Below are positions 1 through 14,088 of a stretch of DNA of 64,000 bases, piece after piece (position 1 is the stretch's first letter; each line of letters begins with the position of its first letter). Below the pieces are notes generated by a model that was not told where the DNA came from, did not search any database, and saw only the letters and a program-made list of their open reading frames with translations. The stretch is from the NCBI GenBank assembly GCA_021159885.1, contig JAGHDO010000057.1, forward strand, positions 1,418-65,417. Reading direction: 5' to 3'. Source of the stretch: Synergistota bacterium (GTDB lineage Bacteria > Synergistota > GBS-1). The position numbers and the translations under genes were made by a program.

Positions 1-1407
1 TTTTAGAAGAAAGCGTTCATACTCGTCCTTTCTTATGAGTCCCGATTCGTAGCCGTATTGAAGCAGGCGAAAATCCGCGTTATCCTGCCTCAATAGGAGC
101 CTGTATTCTGCTCTTGATGTCAGTATTCTGTAGGGCTCTTCTGTGCCTTTTGTTACGAGGTCATCTATCAAGACGCCTATATAGGCTTCCGCTCTGCTTA
201 AGATAAGCGGTTTTTCTCCCCTTATCTTGCGAACCGCGTTTATTCCCGCTATTAGTCCTTGAGCTGCCGCTTCTTCATAACCTGATGTTCCGTTTATCTG
301 TCCCGCTAAAAACAGCCCTTCTATCTCTTTGGTTTCAAGGGAGGGCTTAAGCTGAGTAGGATAGGCGAAATCATACTCTATGGCGTATCCGGGTCTCATG
401 ATTTCCGCTTTTTCAAGACCTGGCAGGCTTCGAACCATTTTTATCTGGGTATCTATGGGGAGACTCGTTGAGAAGTTTTGGAGATAAAACTCGCAGGTTC
501 TTCTTCCCTCGGGTTCTAAGAAAACCGTGTGAGAGCTTCTATCTGGGAATCTAACGACCCTGTCTTCTATTGAGGGGCAGTATCTCGGTCCTCTTCCCTC
601 TATTACGCCCGTGAAGAGTGGAGACCTGTTAAGCGAGTTTCTTATTATCTCATGCGTTTTCTCGTTGGTCCTCGTCATCCAGCAGAAGTATCCTCTGCAG
701 ATCCTCTTTTGAGATCTGAAGGAAAAAGAAAGCGGTTCATCGGCTGATGGTTGCGGAGTGAGACTTGAGAAATCTATGGTTTTTCCATCTACGCGCGCGC
801 ATGTTCCGGTCTTCAGCCTTCCAAGCTTTATACCTATTTTCTTCAATGACTCCGAGAGTTTCCAAGCTGCTGTTTCTCCAAGGGGACCGCTTTCGAAGTG
901 AACTAAGCCGATGTGGACCAGTCCTCTCAGGTAAACCCCCGTTGCGATTATTACGCACTTTCCCTTAAAGAACCATCCGTTTCTTAATCCCACGCCGACG
1001 ACTTTTCCATCCTTAACGACGATTTCTTCTACCATTCCCTGCTTTAGATCCAGGTTTTTCTGTCTTTCAAGCACTTGCTTCATCCTGAGGTGATATTCTC
1101 TTTTGTCAGCCTGGGCTCTATAAGCCTGAACCGCAGGTCCTTTGCTTTCGTTTAATATCCTTATGTGGATCATCGTTTCATCGATGTTTCTACTCATCTC
1201 TCCTCCAAGGGCATCTATCTCTCTGGCCAAATGTCCTTTTCCAGGACCGCCTATAGATGGATTACACGCCATCAAGGCTATGCTGTCTAAATAAAGGGTC
1301 AGAAGCAGAGTTTGACATCCCATCCTCGCGGATGCCAGTGCAGCCTCACACCCTGCGTGTCCTCCTCCTACAACTATGACATCGTATTCCTTGGGATACT
1401 CAACCAT
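1..1407 (-). CDS. mnmG: tRNA uridine-5-carboxymethylaminomethyl(34) synthesis enzyme MnmG/GidA (3' end runs off window)
   Basis: Manual translation from ATG at 1407: [30 protein letters not shown]...[11 protein letters not shown]...[12 protein letters not shown]...GPRYCPSIE...[17 protein letters not shown]; not in the ORF track because no stop lies in the window. Confidence 0.97.
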   Translation of the reverse strand, partial: MVEYPKEYDVIVVGGGHAGCEAALASARMGCQTLLLTLYLDSIALMACNPSIGGPGKGHLAREIDALGGEMSRNIDETMIHIRILNESKGPAVQAYRAQADKREYHLRMKQVLERQKNLDLKQGMVEEIVVKDGKVVGVGLRNGWFFKGKCVIIATGVYLRGLVHIGLVHFESGPLGETAAWKLSESLKKIGIKLGRLKTGTCARVDGKTIDFSSLTPQPSADEPLSFSFRSQKRICRGYFCWMTRTNEKTHEIIRNSLNRSPLFTGVIEGRGPRYCPSIEDRVVRFPDRSSHTVFLEPEGRRTCEFYLQNFSTSLPIDTQIKMVRSLPGLEKAEIMRPGYAIEYDFAYPTQLKPSLETKEIEGLFLAGQINGTSGYEEAAAQGLIAGINAVRKIRGEKPLILSRAEAYIGVLIDDLVTKGTEEPYRILTSRAEYRLLLRQDNADFRLLQYGYESGLIRKDEYERFLLK

Positions 1408-1450
1408 TTTAGATCACCTTCTTAATTATACTCCGTATCTTGTTATAGTT

Positions 1451-1480
1451 AAAGTCCGGAGGCTTAAGCCTCCGGACTTT
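1451..1480. terminator. Perfect 30-bp palindrome, probable intrinsic terminator
   Basis: AAAGTCCGGAGGCTTAAGCCTCCGGACTTT is its own reverse complement; it sits at the 3' end of the ykvI-like relic. Confidence 0.7.
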
Positions 1481-2079
1481 CTGCTTTTTTCTCCCATTCT
1501 CTTCCATGCCTGAACCCTTTATAGAGGACGGGGATAATTATAAATGGTTGGCTAAGTACCCTACCGTTCCATATCCTTTAGCTATTAGAGGAATTAAGCC
1601 AGCTAATGCTATCGCCCAGGTTACTATAACGTATATACCTGTTACAATGATATATTTTGATCTTTCTTTGGTATCTATTCCTTTACCAGCGCCTATTTTC
1701 TCCACCCAGAAGTCAACGACCCTTTTTGCCCCGCCGTAGACTAAGGTAACGCCCGTTGAGATAACCGCGAGCAATATGAGGAAGGCTACTATATATGTTG
1801 GAAGATTTCCAGGTAGCCCGGATATACAATGGCGTTCCATAGCCCCCTCCAAAAACCTCCTGGCGGGTGAGCTGTCTGGATTACCCTTGAAAGTTGGGGA
1901 AGTTCTTATAAATTGCGGATCCATATATGGCGAGCATTCCTATTATAAACTTGTAAACTATTACAGATGCGAGAGATGAAGAAGCCCTTACCGTATCTGC
2001 TCCGAAAATAACGATGAGGAATATAACTATAGCTACAAGAATCGTTGAGGGGACATATGGTATCCCCCAGACCTTCCAA
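1464..2079 (-). pseudogene. Degraded YkvI-like membrane transporter (5'-truncated, frameshifted, internally deleted)
   Basis: Fragments in different frames: WGIPYVPSTILVAIVIFLIVIFGADTVRAS...; GGFWRGLWNAIVYPGY; LLAVISTGVTLVYGGAKRVV...LIAKGYGTVGYLA; PFIIIPVLYKG...SPEA* (TAA 1466-1464). Confidence 0.75.
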
Positions 2080-3495
2080 TTATATTATCTTGCCCGGGTT
2101 GAGGACCATGTTGGGATCGAAAAGCTTCTTTATTCCCCTCATAAGGTCTATCTCTTTTGGGGTTCTTGTATTGAGGTGCGCATTTTTCTTAAGAAAGCCA
2201 ACGCCATGCTCTCCGCTTCCAACCCCTCCCAGTTTTACCGCTTCCGCTATGATCTCTTCAAATATCTTTTCGGACAGCTCAGCCCACTCTTCGAGAGAAA
2301 CGCCTTCTGGCTTAAACAGTGCTGGATGAAGGTTCCCATCGGCTATATGTGCGGCGGTTGCTACTTCCACGTTGTATTTTTTAGCTATCTCATTTAGCTT
2401 TTTCATCATCTTGGGAATCTCAGATGACGGAACCACCATATCTCCGCTAAGTGAGACATATGGGTCTTTCGCTCTTAAGGCTTCGGTATATTCTCTTCTT
2501 ATCCTCCATATACTTTCAGATGTTATTGGGTTATCCGCAACGAAGACTTCAAGCGCGCCGCTCTCCAAACATGCGTCTCCTGCTCTTTCATAGATATCTT
2601 CAAGCTCTCTCTGAGAGCTTGCCTCAAGCTGAACTATAAGATAGGCTCCAGCTTTTTCCTGTAAAGGAAGAGATGTATTGAGATACCAGGTAGTTATATC
2701 CACAGAAATCTTATCCATTAGCTCTACCGCTACGGGAAGCGTTTTTGCAGCAACCACTATGTTGGCAACTGCATCAATAGCTCTCTCTACGCTGTCAAAG
2801 GGTACCAGGAGATCCGCTACCTTTCCAGGGGATGGCATTAGATTTAGGATTATCTTTGTAAAGATTCCCAGGGTTCCCTCGGAGCCTATAAGAAGATCTA
2901 AGAGATCATAGCCCCATGTTTCTTTTCTTCTCTTTCCTCCGAGCTGGATTATCTCTCCCGTTGGAAGAACGACCTCGACTCCAAGTACGTGCTTTCGCGT
3001 GCTTCCATATTTTACAACTTTACTTCCTCCAGCGTTTGTAGCAACGTTTCCTCCAATAAAGCTCGTTGCTACGCTCATAGGATATCCTGCATAGTAAAGC
3101 CCCTCTTCTGCTACCTTTTTGCAAAGGTCGTTGGTTACGACTCCTGGTTCAACCACTGCCACGCGGTTTACCTTGTCAATTTCAAGTATTCTGTTCATCT
3201 TCTCCATTGACATCAATATGCCTCCATGTAGAGGTATAGCCGCTCCTGCGACTCCGCTCCCTGCGCCTCGAGGGGTGACGGGTATGAGGTATTCATTCGC
3301 CAGCTTCATTATTTTTGAAACTTCTTCTGCACTTTCCGGCTTAACAACGACATCTGGCATCCTGCAGAAAGGCTTTCCAGATTCATCGCAAGCGTAGCTT
3401 TCGAGCCTTTCCTTGTCTTCATAAATTACATCGTTTTCTCCACATATCTCTCTCAGCTTCTCGACGATTTCCTTAGTTATCTTTCCATATTTCAA
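2080..3495 (-). CDS. FAD-binding 2-hydroxyacid dehydrogenase (GlcD/LctD family)
   Basis: PRGAGSG, GGNVATNAGG, GSEGTLG, HIADGNLH, GEHGVG, DPNMVLNPGK motifs; coupled to etfA. Confidence 0.92.
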   Translation of the reverse strand: MKYGKITKEIVEKLREICGENDVIYEDKERLESYACDESGKPFCRMPDVVVKPESAEEVSKIMKLANEYLIPVTPRGAGSGVAGAAIPLHGGILMSMEKMNRILEIDKVNRVAVVEPGVVTNDLCKKVAEEGLYYAGYPMSVATSFIGGNVATNAGGSKVVKYGSTRKHVLGVEVVLPTGEIIQLGGKRRKETWGYDLLDLLIGSEGTLGIFTKIILNLMPSPGKVADLLVPFDSVERAIDAVANIVVAAKTLPVAVELMDKISVDITTWYLNTSLPLQEKAGAYLIVQLEASSQRELEDIYERAGDACLESGALEVFVADNPITSESIWRIRREYTEALRAKDPYVSLSGDMVVPSSEIPKMMKKLNEIAKKYNVEVATAAHIADGNLHPALFKPEGVSLEEWAELSEKIFEEIIAEAVKLGGVGSGEHGVGFLKKNAHLNTRTPKEIDLMRGIKKLFDPNMVLNPGKII

Positions 3496-4496
3496 GATCT
3501 TCCACCCCTTTCCTTTTCGAGCTTTTCGATGAGAAGGGGGACTATATCAAACAGATCTCCAACGATTCCGAAATCTGCAACCTTGAATATGTTTGCTTCG
3601 GGATCGGTATTTATGGCGACGATGGTTTCAGAGGATGACATTCCGGCAAGATGCTGAACTGCTCCTGAGATTCCCAAAGCCATGTAGAGCCTGGGGCTTA
3701 CTGTTTTCCCACTTAAACCTACTTGGTGTGAGTAGGGTATCCATCCATTGTCGACCGCGGTTCTTGAAGCTCCTACCGCTCCGTTTAGAAGCTCTGCGAG
3801 CTTGAACAGAAGCGAGAAATTCTTTTCATCTTTTAAGCCCTTCCCGCCTGATATAACTATATCAGCGTCTTGGATGGGAATCTCCGCACTCTCGTCCGGT
3901 ATAAATGATATTCTTCTTACCCTCGAGGCAAAGTAGCTATCGGGGAAGCTTCTTTCTGTTAGCTTGCCCTTCCTGCTTTCATCTCTTGGGAGGGGTCTTT
4001 TAGATTTGGGTCTGACGGTTGCCATCTGCGGTTTGTGATCAGGAGTCTTTATGGTTGCCATTACATTTCCACCTATGGCTGGTCTGGTCTGTAGGAGAAG
4101 CCCAGTTTCCTCTTCTATATCAAGACCAGTGCAGTCAGCAGTTAAGCCAGTTGAGAGCGTTGCGGCTAAAACTGGCATTACTGTTCTTCCTATTGTGGTA
4201 GCTGAGGCTATAAAGATCTCGGGTTCATATTCTCTAACGAGCGAGCTGAGTATCTTCACAAAGGGGTCGACTTCAAGATGCTCAAGGCGTGGGTCATCAA
4301 CGAGGATCACATGATCTGCACCTCTGTATATTAGCTCTTTAATCTGATCCTTGAGATTTTTACCCAATATTACGCAGGTGAGCTCCCCATTTAGCTTATC
4401 GGCTAAGGATCTTCCCCATGCGAGGAGCTCATACGATACCGTGTGAATCTTACCATCTCTATACTCTCCGAGAGTCCATACGCTTTTCTCTTTCAT
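3492..4496 (-). CDS. etfA: Electron transfer flavoprotein alpha subunit
   Basis: GLTADCT, RPAIGGN, QVGLSGKTVSP, GISGAVQH, AINTDPEANIF. Confidence 0.96.
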   Translation of the reverse strand: MKEKSVWTLGEYRDGKIHTVSYELLAWGRSLADKLNGELTCVILGKNLKDQIKELIYRGADHVILVDDPRLEHLEVDPFVKILSSLVREYEPEIFIASATTIGRTVMPVLAATLSTGLTADCTGLDIEEETGLLLQTRPAIGGNVMATIKTPDHKPQMATVRPKSKRPLPRDESRKGKLTERSFPDSYFASRVRRISFIPDESAEIPIQDADIVISGGKGLKDEKNFSLLFKLAELLNGAVGASRTAVDNGWIPYSHQVGLSGKTVSPRLYMALGISGAVQHLAGMSSSETIVAINTDPEANIFKVADFGIVGDLFDIVPLLIEKLEKERGGRS

Positions 4497-4510
4497 TGAG
4501 GAATCCCTCC

Positions 4511-5305
4511 CTAAATGATATCTCTTTTTCTGAGAAAGTCTAAAAGCCGTTCTACAGCCTTTTCTGGGTCGTCTGCGTAGATGATTTCTCCCTCTCGTGC
4601 TATCTTGGGATAGAATATCTTAACGACCCTTGTAGGAGAACCATTTAAACCTATTTTGCTCTCGTCAACTTCGATGTCATCCGCTTTAAGTACGGGTATT
4701 TCCAGTCTTCGAGCCCTTTTCTTTCCGCTCAGGGTGGGGAGCCTCGGCTCATTTATTTCTTTCACAACGCTTAGAACTACCGGTAGGGGGGATTCCACTA
4801 TTTCGTGTCCTCCCTCTATTGCTCTGTGAGCTATCAGTTTCCCATCTTCTATCTTTTCTATCTTGCTTACATAGGTTATTATGGGAAGGTCAAGTTGAGC
4901 TGCAACGCTGGGCCCAACTTGCCCGGTTTCCCCATCCGTTGCGCGTTCCCCGCAGAAGATGAGGTTAAAACCACCAAGCTTTCTAATTGCTGAGGAGAGA
5001 GCGTAAGCCGTAGCTAAGGTGTCAGCTCCAGCGAATTTAACGTCGGAGAGGAGGTATCCCTTGTCGCATCCCATAGATATCGCTTCTTTAACGGTTTCGA
5101 TAGCCATCATAGGTCCCATGGATAAAACCGTTATCTCGGCGTTGGGGAAGAATCTCTCTTTCGTTCTTAAAGCTTCCTCAACTGCGTATAGATCGAGGGG
5201 GTTGATTACCCCTTCCGTTTCTGTTCTCAGCATCGTTCCCGTTTTTTCGTCGATTTTAACCTTATCGGTAGCGGGAACCTGCTTTATCAATACGCCTATT
5301 CGCAA
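4511..5305 (-). CDS. etfB: Electron transfer flavoprotein beta subunit
   Basis: IKQVP, INPLDLYAVE, GADTLATA, GERATDGETGQVGP, NEPRLP; start refined to TTG 5305 after GGAGG (track start 5335). Confidence 0.96.
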   Translation of the reverse strand: MRIGVLIKQVPATDKVKIDEKTGTMLRTETEGVINPLDLYAVEEALRTKERFFPNAEITVLSMGPMMAIETVKEAISMGCDKGYLLSDVKFAGADTLATAYALSSAIRKLGGFNLIFCGERATDGETGQVGPSVAAQLDLPIITYVSKIEKIEDGKLIAHRAIEGGHEIVESPLPVVLSVVKEINEPRLPTLSGKKRARRLEIPVLKADDIEVDESKIGLNGSPTRVVKIFYPKIAREGEIIYADDPEKAVERLLDFLRKRDII

Positions 5306-5357
5306 TATTTGTTTCCCTCCCTTCCTCTTTATCATGATATTAGCTTAATTAGCTTAA

Positions 5358-5386
5358 AGTGTAATTGATATTGAAGAATTAGTCAA
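5358..5386 (-). promoter_or_regulatory. sigma70-type promoter for etfB-etfA-dehydrogenase
   Basis: TTGACT-N17-TACACT on the minus strand. Confidence 0.6.
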
Positions 5387-5393
5387 CATCTTT

Positions 5394-5435
5394 AAAAAAA
5401 ACTCCCGGGGGTAGCTCCGGAGCTACCCCCGGGAG
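5394..5435 (-). terminator. Intrinsic terminator after the SSS transporter
   Basis: 34-bp perfect palindrome CTCCCGGGGGTAGCTCCGGAGCTACCCCCGGGAG followed on the minus strand by a T8 tract. Confidence 0.85.
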
Positions 5436-5455
5436 GAAGCTTCTCTATTAGATGA

Positions 5456-6913
5456 TTAAACCTTAACCGATTCAAGTCCCTCCTTAAAGGGTTTGAAGTT
5501 TTCGTCTTCTTTCATTACGGAAGCTACTGCGAAAGTTACCACGAGATTTACCGCCAGTCCCCATAGACCAAAGTGTATACCATAAAGATTTCCAGGACCG
5601 AAGAACTTTAGATATGTAATGGTTATAAGTCCTGCTATTATTCCCGCTCCGACCGCAACTTTATTGAATTTCTTGAAGAAGAGTCCGAGGAACGCTCCTG
5701 GGAACATTTGGGTTATACCCGAGTAGGCAAGAAGTAGAAGCGCAACGAGCCTTCCTCCCGCGTAAAGGGCGAGGAACATTGCCGTGAGTCCAAAAATAAG
5801 CACCGATATTCTGCTTGCCATGACGAGCTCCTTATCAGAGGCGTTTTCCTTAAGCATTCCGTATAGATTTTTGGATAAAAGCCCTGCCAGAGTCAGTATT
5901 ATAGCGCTTGCGGTTGAGGCCGCTGCTGCAAAGCCCGCTGCTCCAACTATCCCAAGGACCCAGTCTGGATATGCGAGCTTTACCGCTTCAAGAACCGCAG
6001 CGTCGGCTCTTGAAAGCTTTATTCCCGCGGTGACGACGGATATACCGGCAAGGAAGACCGGTATCATGAAGAGAGAGAATAAGGGTAGGAAAATATAGGT
6101 TCTCTTTAACGCTCTTATATCCTTTGAGCTATAGATGGAGGGCCACATCTGCGGATACATGAAGAAGCCCAGACCACAAAGCACCATGGTGGAAACATAC
6201 CAGTTGATTCCCATCTTACCCGATAGGATGAGGTGAGAGGGCTTCACCTCGGCGAGCTTTTTCATCATCTCTCCAACTCCACCGAACTTTATGAAGGGTA
6301 TCGAGAATAAAATTACCCACGCTATTACGAACATCATAATCGACTGCATAAGGTTCGTCCAAGCTATTCCTCTCAATCCGCTCGTGTAGACGTAGACGAG
6401 CATTATAAGCATTCCGACGACTATTCCGGTATTAACCGATATTGAGCCAAGCGATGTCACATTGAGTATATAGCCGAGCCCCTGAAGCTGAAGCTGAAGG
6501 TACGGTACATTAAAAACTATACCTATGAGAGCTACCAGTACCGCAAGAAACTTACTGTCATATCTCTTTCTGAATAGATCTGCTTGTGTGACGAAGCCGA
6601 ATTTCTTCCCAGCTCTCCATACATATTCGGCGAAGAAGTAACCGAAGGCGTAAGCCATGGTTCCATAGCCAAGTGCATACATTATGGGCATTCCGAAGGA
6701 GTATCCCCATCCTCCGACGCCTAAGAAAGCATAAGCGCTGTATATCTCTCCTGCTAATAAGACGTATAGAAATATGAAGCTTAAGGATCTTCCGGAAACG
6801 AGGTATCCATCGAGCGTAAACTTTCTCTTAACACCCGCTAATACTCCTACGACGAGCGTTAGGATTATCCACGAGAATATGATGATTAAGGATATAGTTG
6901 CGTGGGACATCAT
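5456..6913 (-). CDS. Sodium:solute symporter (SSS/SLC5) family transporter
   Basis: About 13 hydrophobic segments, YSAYAFLG, YVYTSGLRGIAWTN, AAAASTAS; ATGA overlap with the upstream small gene. Confidence 0.92.
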   Translation of the reverse strand: MMSHATISLIIIFSWIILTLVVGVLAGVKRKFTLDGYLVSGRSLSFIFLYVLLAGEIYSAYAFLGVGGWGYSFGMPIMYALGYGTMAYAFGYFFAEYVWRAGKKFGFVTQADLFRKRYDSKFLAVLVALIGIVFNVPYLQLQLQGLGYILNVTSLGSISVNTGIVVGMLIMLVYVYTSGLRGIAWTNLMQSIMMFVIAWVILFSIPFIKFGGVGEMMKKLAEVKPSHLILSGKMGINWYVSTMVLCGLGFFMYPQMWPSIYSSKDIRALKRTYIFLPLFSLFMIPVFLAGISVVTAGIKLSRADAAVLEAVKLAYPDWVLGIVGAAGFAAAASTASAIILTLAGLLSKNLYGMLKENASDKELVMASRISVLIFGLTAMFLALYAGGRLVALLLLAYSGITQMFPGAFLGLFFKKFNKVAVGAGIIAGLITITYLKFFGPGNLYGIHFGLWGLAVNLVVTFAVASVMKEDENFKPFKEGLESVKV

Positions 6914-7122
6914 GACCACCCCTTCTTCTCGATGTTATAGGCTATAAGCAGACAGATCGGCGTTAAGATTATCCATAGAGTGTCCCAAAACATCAGTGGT
7001 GGCATTCCTAATATAAGAGGACTTTTGGTTTTAACATCGAAGAAGTTGAAGAAGGGGGATATAACTGCGTAGGCTACCCAAGGTATTACAAATCCAAAGA
7101 AGACCGCTATTCCTTTTCCCAT
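6910..7122 (-). CDS. Small 2-TM SSS partner protein (DUF3311-like)
   Basis: 70 aa, PLILGMPPLMFW motif, immediately upstream of the SSS gene. Confidence 0.8.
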   Translation of the reverse strand: MGKGIAVFFGFVIPWVAYAVISPFFNFFDVKTKSPLILGMPPLMFWDTLWIILTPICLLIAYNIEKKGWS

Positions 7123-7143
7123 ACCACGTTCCCCCCTTACCTA

Positions 7144-7171
7144 TGATATATTGAACCTGATATATAGAACC
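7144..7171. promoter_or_regulatory. Tandem 14-bp direct repeat, putative operator
   Basis: TGATATATTGAACC / TGATATATAGAACC, just downstream of minus-strand TTGACT-N18-TAAACT (7209-7180). Confidence 0.5.
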
Positions 7172-7215
7172 GTAAATTAAGTTTACACCAATTCTCCTAC
7201 TCAAGTCAAGGATGA

Positions 7216-10886
<3,671 letters not shown>

Positions 10887-10887
<1 letters not shown>

Positions 10888-10927
10888 AAAAGCGAGGGGG
10901 ATCCTTCACTGATCCCCCTCGCTTTTT
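10887..10927. terminator. Bidirectional terminator between convergent buk and gcvPB
   Basis: AAAAAGCGAGGGGGATC-N7-GATCCCCCTCGCTTTTT. Confidence 0.85.
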
Positions 10928-12366
10928 ATCCATCTTAAAACGGGATTCCGCGCTGCCTTTACCTCATCGAGTCTCCTTACGGGCGTTTTGTGTGGGGCTT
11001 CCTTGAGAAGAGATGGGTTTTCCTCAGCCTCCTTTGCTATTTGGAGCATTGCGCTTATAAACTCATCAAGGGTTTCCTTGGTTTCGGTTTCAGTGGGCTC
11101 GATCATTATGGCTTCTTCTACTATAAGTGGGAAGTATACAGTAGGTGGATGAAAGCCGTAATCAAGAAGTCTCTTTGCTATATCTATAGTTTTAACCCCG
11201 AATTTTTTGAATCTCTTTCCAGATAAGACCCCCTCGTGCATTGGCTGTTTATCATAGGGGAGCTCAAAAGCTCCTTTTAATCTGCTTATAACGTAGTTGG
11301 CGTTAAGTACTGCCTTTTCGGATGCTTCTTTGAGCCCTTTGCTCCCCATCATTCTTATATAAACATAAGCTTTCAACATAACGGAGAAATTTCCATAGAA
11401 TGCCTTGATTTTCCCTATGGATAGAGGTCTGTCATAGTCAAGACGATAGCGACCATTTTCTTCTACTATAACTGGAATGGGTAAGAAGGGCTCTAGCTCC
11501 TTTTTTACCGCCACTGGACCAGAACCAGGACCGCCCCCTCCATGTGGAGTACTGAAGGTTTTATGGAGATTAAAATGTAGAACGTCGAATCCCATATCCC
11601 CGGGTCGGGATATCCCCATGAGCGCGTTAAGGTTCGCTCCGTCCCCGTAAAGTAGAGCTCCGACGGAGTGGGTTAACTCTGCTATCTGAGCAATCTTCTC
11701 CTCAAATATCCCGAGCGTGTTGGGATTTGTGATCATGACTGCCGCTGTGCTTTCATCAAGGTGCTTTTTTAAGGTTTCTATGTCTATGCAGCCATCTTCC
11801 CCTGACTTTATCTCTATAGCCTTGAATCCTGCTAAGGTGCATGAGGCGGGATTCGTTCCATGTGCTGAATCTGGTATTATCACCTTGGTTCGCTTTTCAC
11901 CTCTGTGTCTGTGGTACGCTCCTATCATAAGAAGGCCGGTTAATTCTCCGTGAGCTCCAGCGGAGGGCTGAAGTGTAATGGCATCGAATCCTCCTATTTC
12001 GCACAGATACTTGCCGAGCTCGTACATGATTTTTAAAGCTCCTTGAACAAGCTCTTCTGGTTCGTATGGATGTAGGTTTTTAAAACCATCTAAGGAAGCG
12101 AGCTTTTCGCATATTCTCGGATTGTATTTCATCGTACAAGAACCCAGTGGATAGAAGTTCGTATCAACACAGAAGTTAAGCTGGGAGAGCTTAGTATAGT
12201 GTCTTATGATCTCGATTTCGCTAACCTCGGGTAGCTTAGGATCGTTCTCTCTTAGGAGGTCTTCTTCTAAAAGCTCTTTGAGACTGATTTTCTCGAGCTC
12301 ATCCCTTGGAATGGATGAGCCAGTCCTTCCCCTTTTTCCAAGCTCAAATATAAGTTTCTCAACCAT
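10906..12366 (-). CDS. gcvPB: Glycine dehydrogenase (decarboxylating) subunit 2
   Basis: [43 protein letters not shown]. Confidence 0.98.
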   Translation of the reverse strand: MVEKLIFELGKRGRTGSSIPRDELEKISLKELLEEDLLRENDPKLPEVSEIEIIRHYTKLSQLNFCVDTNFYPLGSCTMKYNPRICEKLASLDGFKNLHPYEPEELVQGALKIMYELGKYLCEIGGFDAITLQPSAGAHGELTGLLMIGAYHRHRGEKRTKVIIPDSAHGTNPASCTLAGFKAIEIKSGEDGCIDIETLKKHLDESTAAVMITNPNTLGIFEEKIAQIAELTHSVGALLYGDGANLNALMGISRPGDMGFDVLHFNLHKTFSTPHGGGGPGSGPVAVKKELEPFLPIPVIVEENGRYRLDYDRPLSIGKIKAFYGNFSVMLKAYVYIRMMGSKGLKEASEKAVLNANYVISRLKGAFELPYDKQPMHEGVLSGKRFKKFGVKTIDIAKRLLDYGFHPPTVYFPLIVEEAIMIEPTETETKETLDEFISAMLQIAKEAEENPSLLKEAPHKTPVRRLDEVKAARNPVLRWIKSEGDQ

Positions 12367-13702
12367 CTTTCATTCCCTCCAGAAAGCTCGCAAAGCGAGA
12401 CAGATCGTTAAGTGAGTGCATCTCCGTAACGGTTATGAGAAGAGCATCTTTAAGCTCTGCGTAGAACTTTCCAAGTGACAAGCCCGCTATAAATCCCTCA
12501 TTGAGTCCTCTTTCAATAACCTTTTCTGGGTTTTTAATCCTAATAGCAAACTCGTTGAAGAAAGGAGAGGGGAATAGGAGCTCGAAGCCTCTTTTTGCGA
12601 TTTCCTTCGCAAGAAAGTGAGTCTTTTTCAGATTTATTTCTGATACTTTTTTGAAGCCCCTTTTACCAAGGGAGGCTAAATATATGGTAGCGGCTATGGC
12701 ACACATATTGTGATTTGTACAGATATTTGATGTAGCTTTCGCTCTTCTTATGTGCTGCTCACGCGTTGCGAGAGTGAGCACGAATCCTCTCTTACCCTCT
12801 CTGTCTATCGTTTCGCCTACTATTCTACCTGGCATGTTCCTCAGATACTTCATTCTGCTCGTGAATATGCCAAGATAGGGACCGCCGAAGCTTAGGTGCA
12901 TTCCGAGTGAGCCTCCCTCCCCAACCGCTATATCGGCTCCATAGCTTCCTGGTGGTGCTATTACTCCGAGCGAAAGGGGTTCAGCTACGCAGGCTATAAG
13001 TAGAGCTCCGTCCTTTTTCAGGTTTTTAAAGGCATTTATATCCTCTATGACTCCGAAAAAGTTGGGGGTTTGGATCGCAATTGCTCCAAATTCACTAAGG
13101 TTTTTGCTTTCAAGCTCGTTTAAGTTTGTTCTCCCCTTTTGATCAAAGCTTAGTTCTTCTACTCCAAATCCGGCGCTTTCCATATATGCGCGGACGACCT
13201 TTCTGTACTCAGGATGTATGGCGGATGATAAAAGCACCTTGTCCCTTTTCGTTATTCTAAGAGCCATAAGACATGCTTCGGCTAATGCTGTTGCTCCATC
13301 GTATACGGATGCGTTGGATACCTCCATCTGGAAGAGCTCACACATCATTGTTTGGTATTCGAATAACATGGTTAAGGTTCCCTGACTCGCTTCTGGTTGA
13401 TAAGGGGTATATGGGGAGAATATCTCTCCTCGTGATAGCAGGGCCTCAACGGTGGCAGGTATCCAGTGGTCGTAGCTTCCACCGCCGAGAAAGGATACGT
13501 AGTCCCGAACGGTGCGGTTTAGCGAAGCTATCTTAATAAGCTCTTTTTCTATCTCCAGTTCCGATAGAGGAGGGGGGAGAAGCAAGTCTCTCCTGAGTTT
13601 AATCTCATCTGGGATATGCGAGAAAAGCTCCTCTTTTCTCTTGATTCCCAGGTGCTTGAGAATCTCCCTTTCATCTTCGGAAGTATGAGGGATAAAAGGC
13701 AT
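12359..13702 (-). CDS. gcvPA: Glycine dehydrogenase (decarboxylating) subunit 1
   Basis: [37 protein letters not shown]. Confidence 0.98.
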   Translation of the reverse strand: MPFIPHTSEDEREILKHLGIKRKEELFSHIPDEIKLRRDLLLPPPLSELEIEKELIKIASLNRTVRDYVSFLGGGSYDHWIPATVEALLSRGEIFSPYTPYQPEASQGTLTMLFEYQTMMCELFQMEVSNASVYDGATALAEACLMALRITKRDKVLLSSAIHPEYRKVVRAYMESAGFGVEELSFDQKGRTNLNELESKNLSEFGAIAIQTPNFFGVIEDINAFKNLKKDGALLIACVAEPLSLGVIAPPGSYGADIAVGEGGSLGMHLSFGGPYLGIFTSRMKYLRNMPGRIVGETIDREGKRGFVLTLATREQHIRRAKATSNICTNHNMCAIAATIYLASLGKRGFKKVSEINLKKTHFLAKEIAKRGFELLFPSPFFNEFAIRIKNPEKVIERGLNEGFIAGLSLGKFYAELKDALLITVTEMHSLNDLSRFASFLEGMKDG

Positions 13703-13707
13703 GGTTG

Positions 13708-14088
13708 CTATTCCTCCTTGGTGAGCTTCTCATACTCTTCCGCGGAGAGAAGCTCATCGAGCTCTCTCGGATCCCGGAGCTCTATCCTGAATATCCACCC
13801 CTTTCCGTATGGATCTTCGTTTATCAGGCTTGGAGAGTCGTTAAGCTCCTCGTTTACCTCGGTTATCCTCCCGCTAACGGGAGTGTATATATCGGAGGCT
13901 GCCTTAACGGATTCAACAACAGCGACGGCTTCCATCTTGTTGACCTCTTTGCCCGTCTCGGGTAGTTCGACGAAGACTATATCGCCGAGCTGTTCCTGCG
14001 CGTACGAGGTTATTCCAACGGTTCCTATGTTCCCTTCCACCCTTATCCACTCGTGTTCGCTTGAGTATTTAAGCTCTTTTGGAATCAT
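13708..14088 (-). CDS. gcvH: Glycine cleavage system H protein
   Basis: [22 protein letters not shown] (lipoyl-Lys), PYGKGW. Confidence 0.98.
   Translation of the reverse strand: MIPKELKYSSEHEWIRVEGNIGTVGITSYAQEQLGDIVFVELPETGKEVNKMEAVAVVESVKAASDIYTPVSGRITEVNEELNDSPSLINEDPYGKGWIFRIELRDPRELDELLSAEEYEKLTKEE

Noticed and set aside
737-968. 73-aa and 67-aa ORFs
   Set aside because: Alternative frames inside mnmG, which reads open through this region
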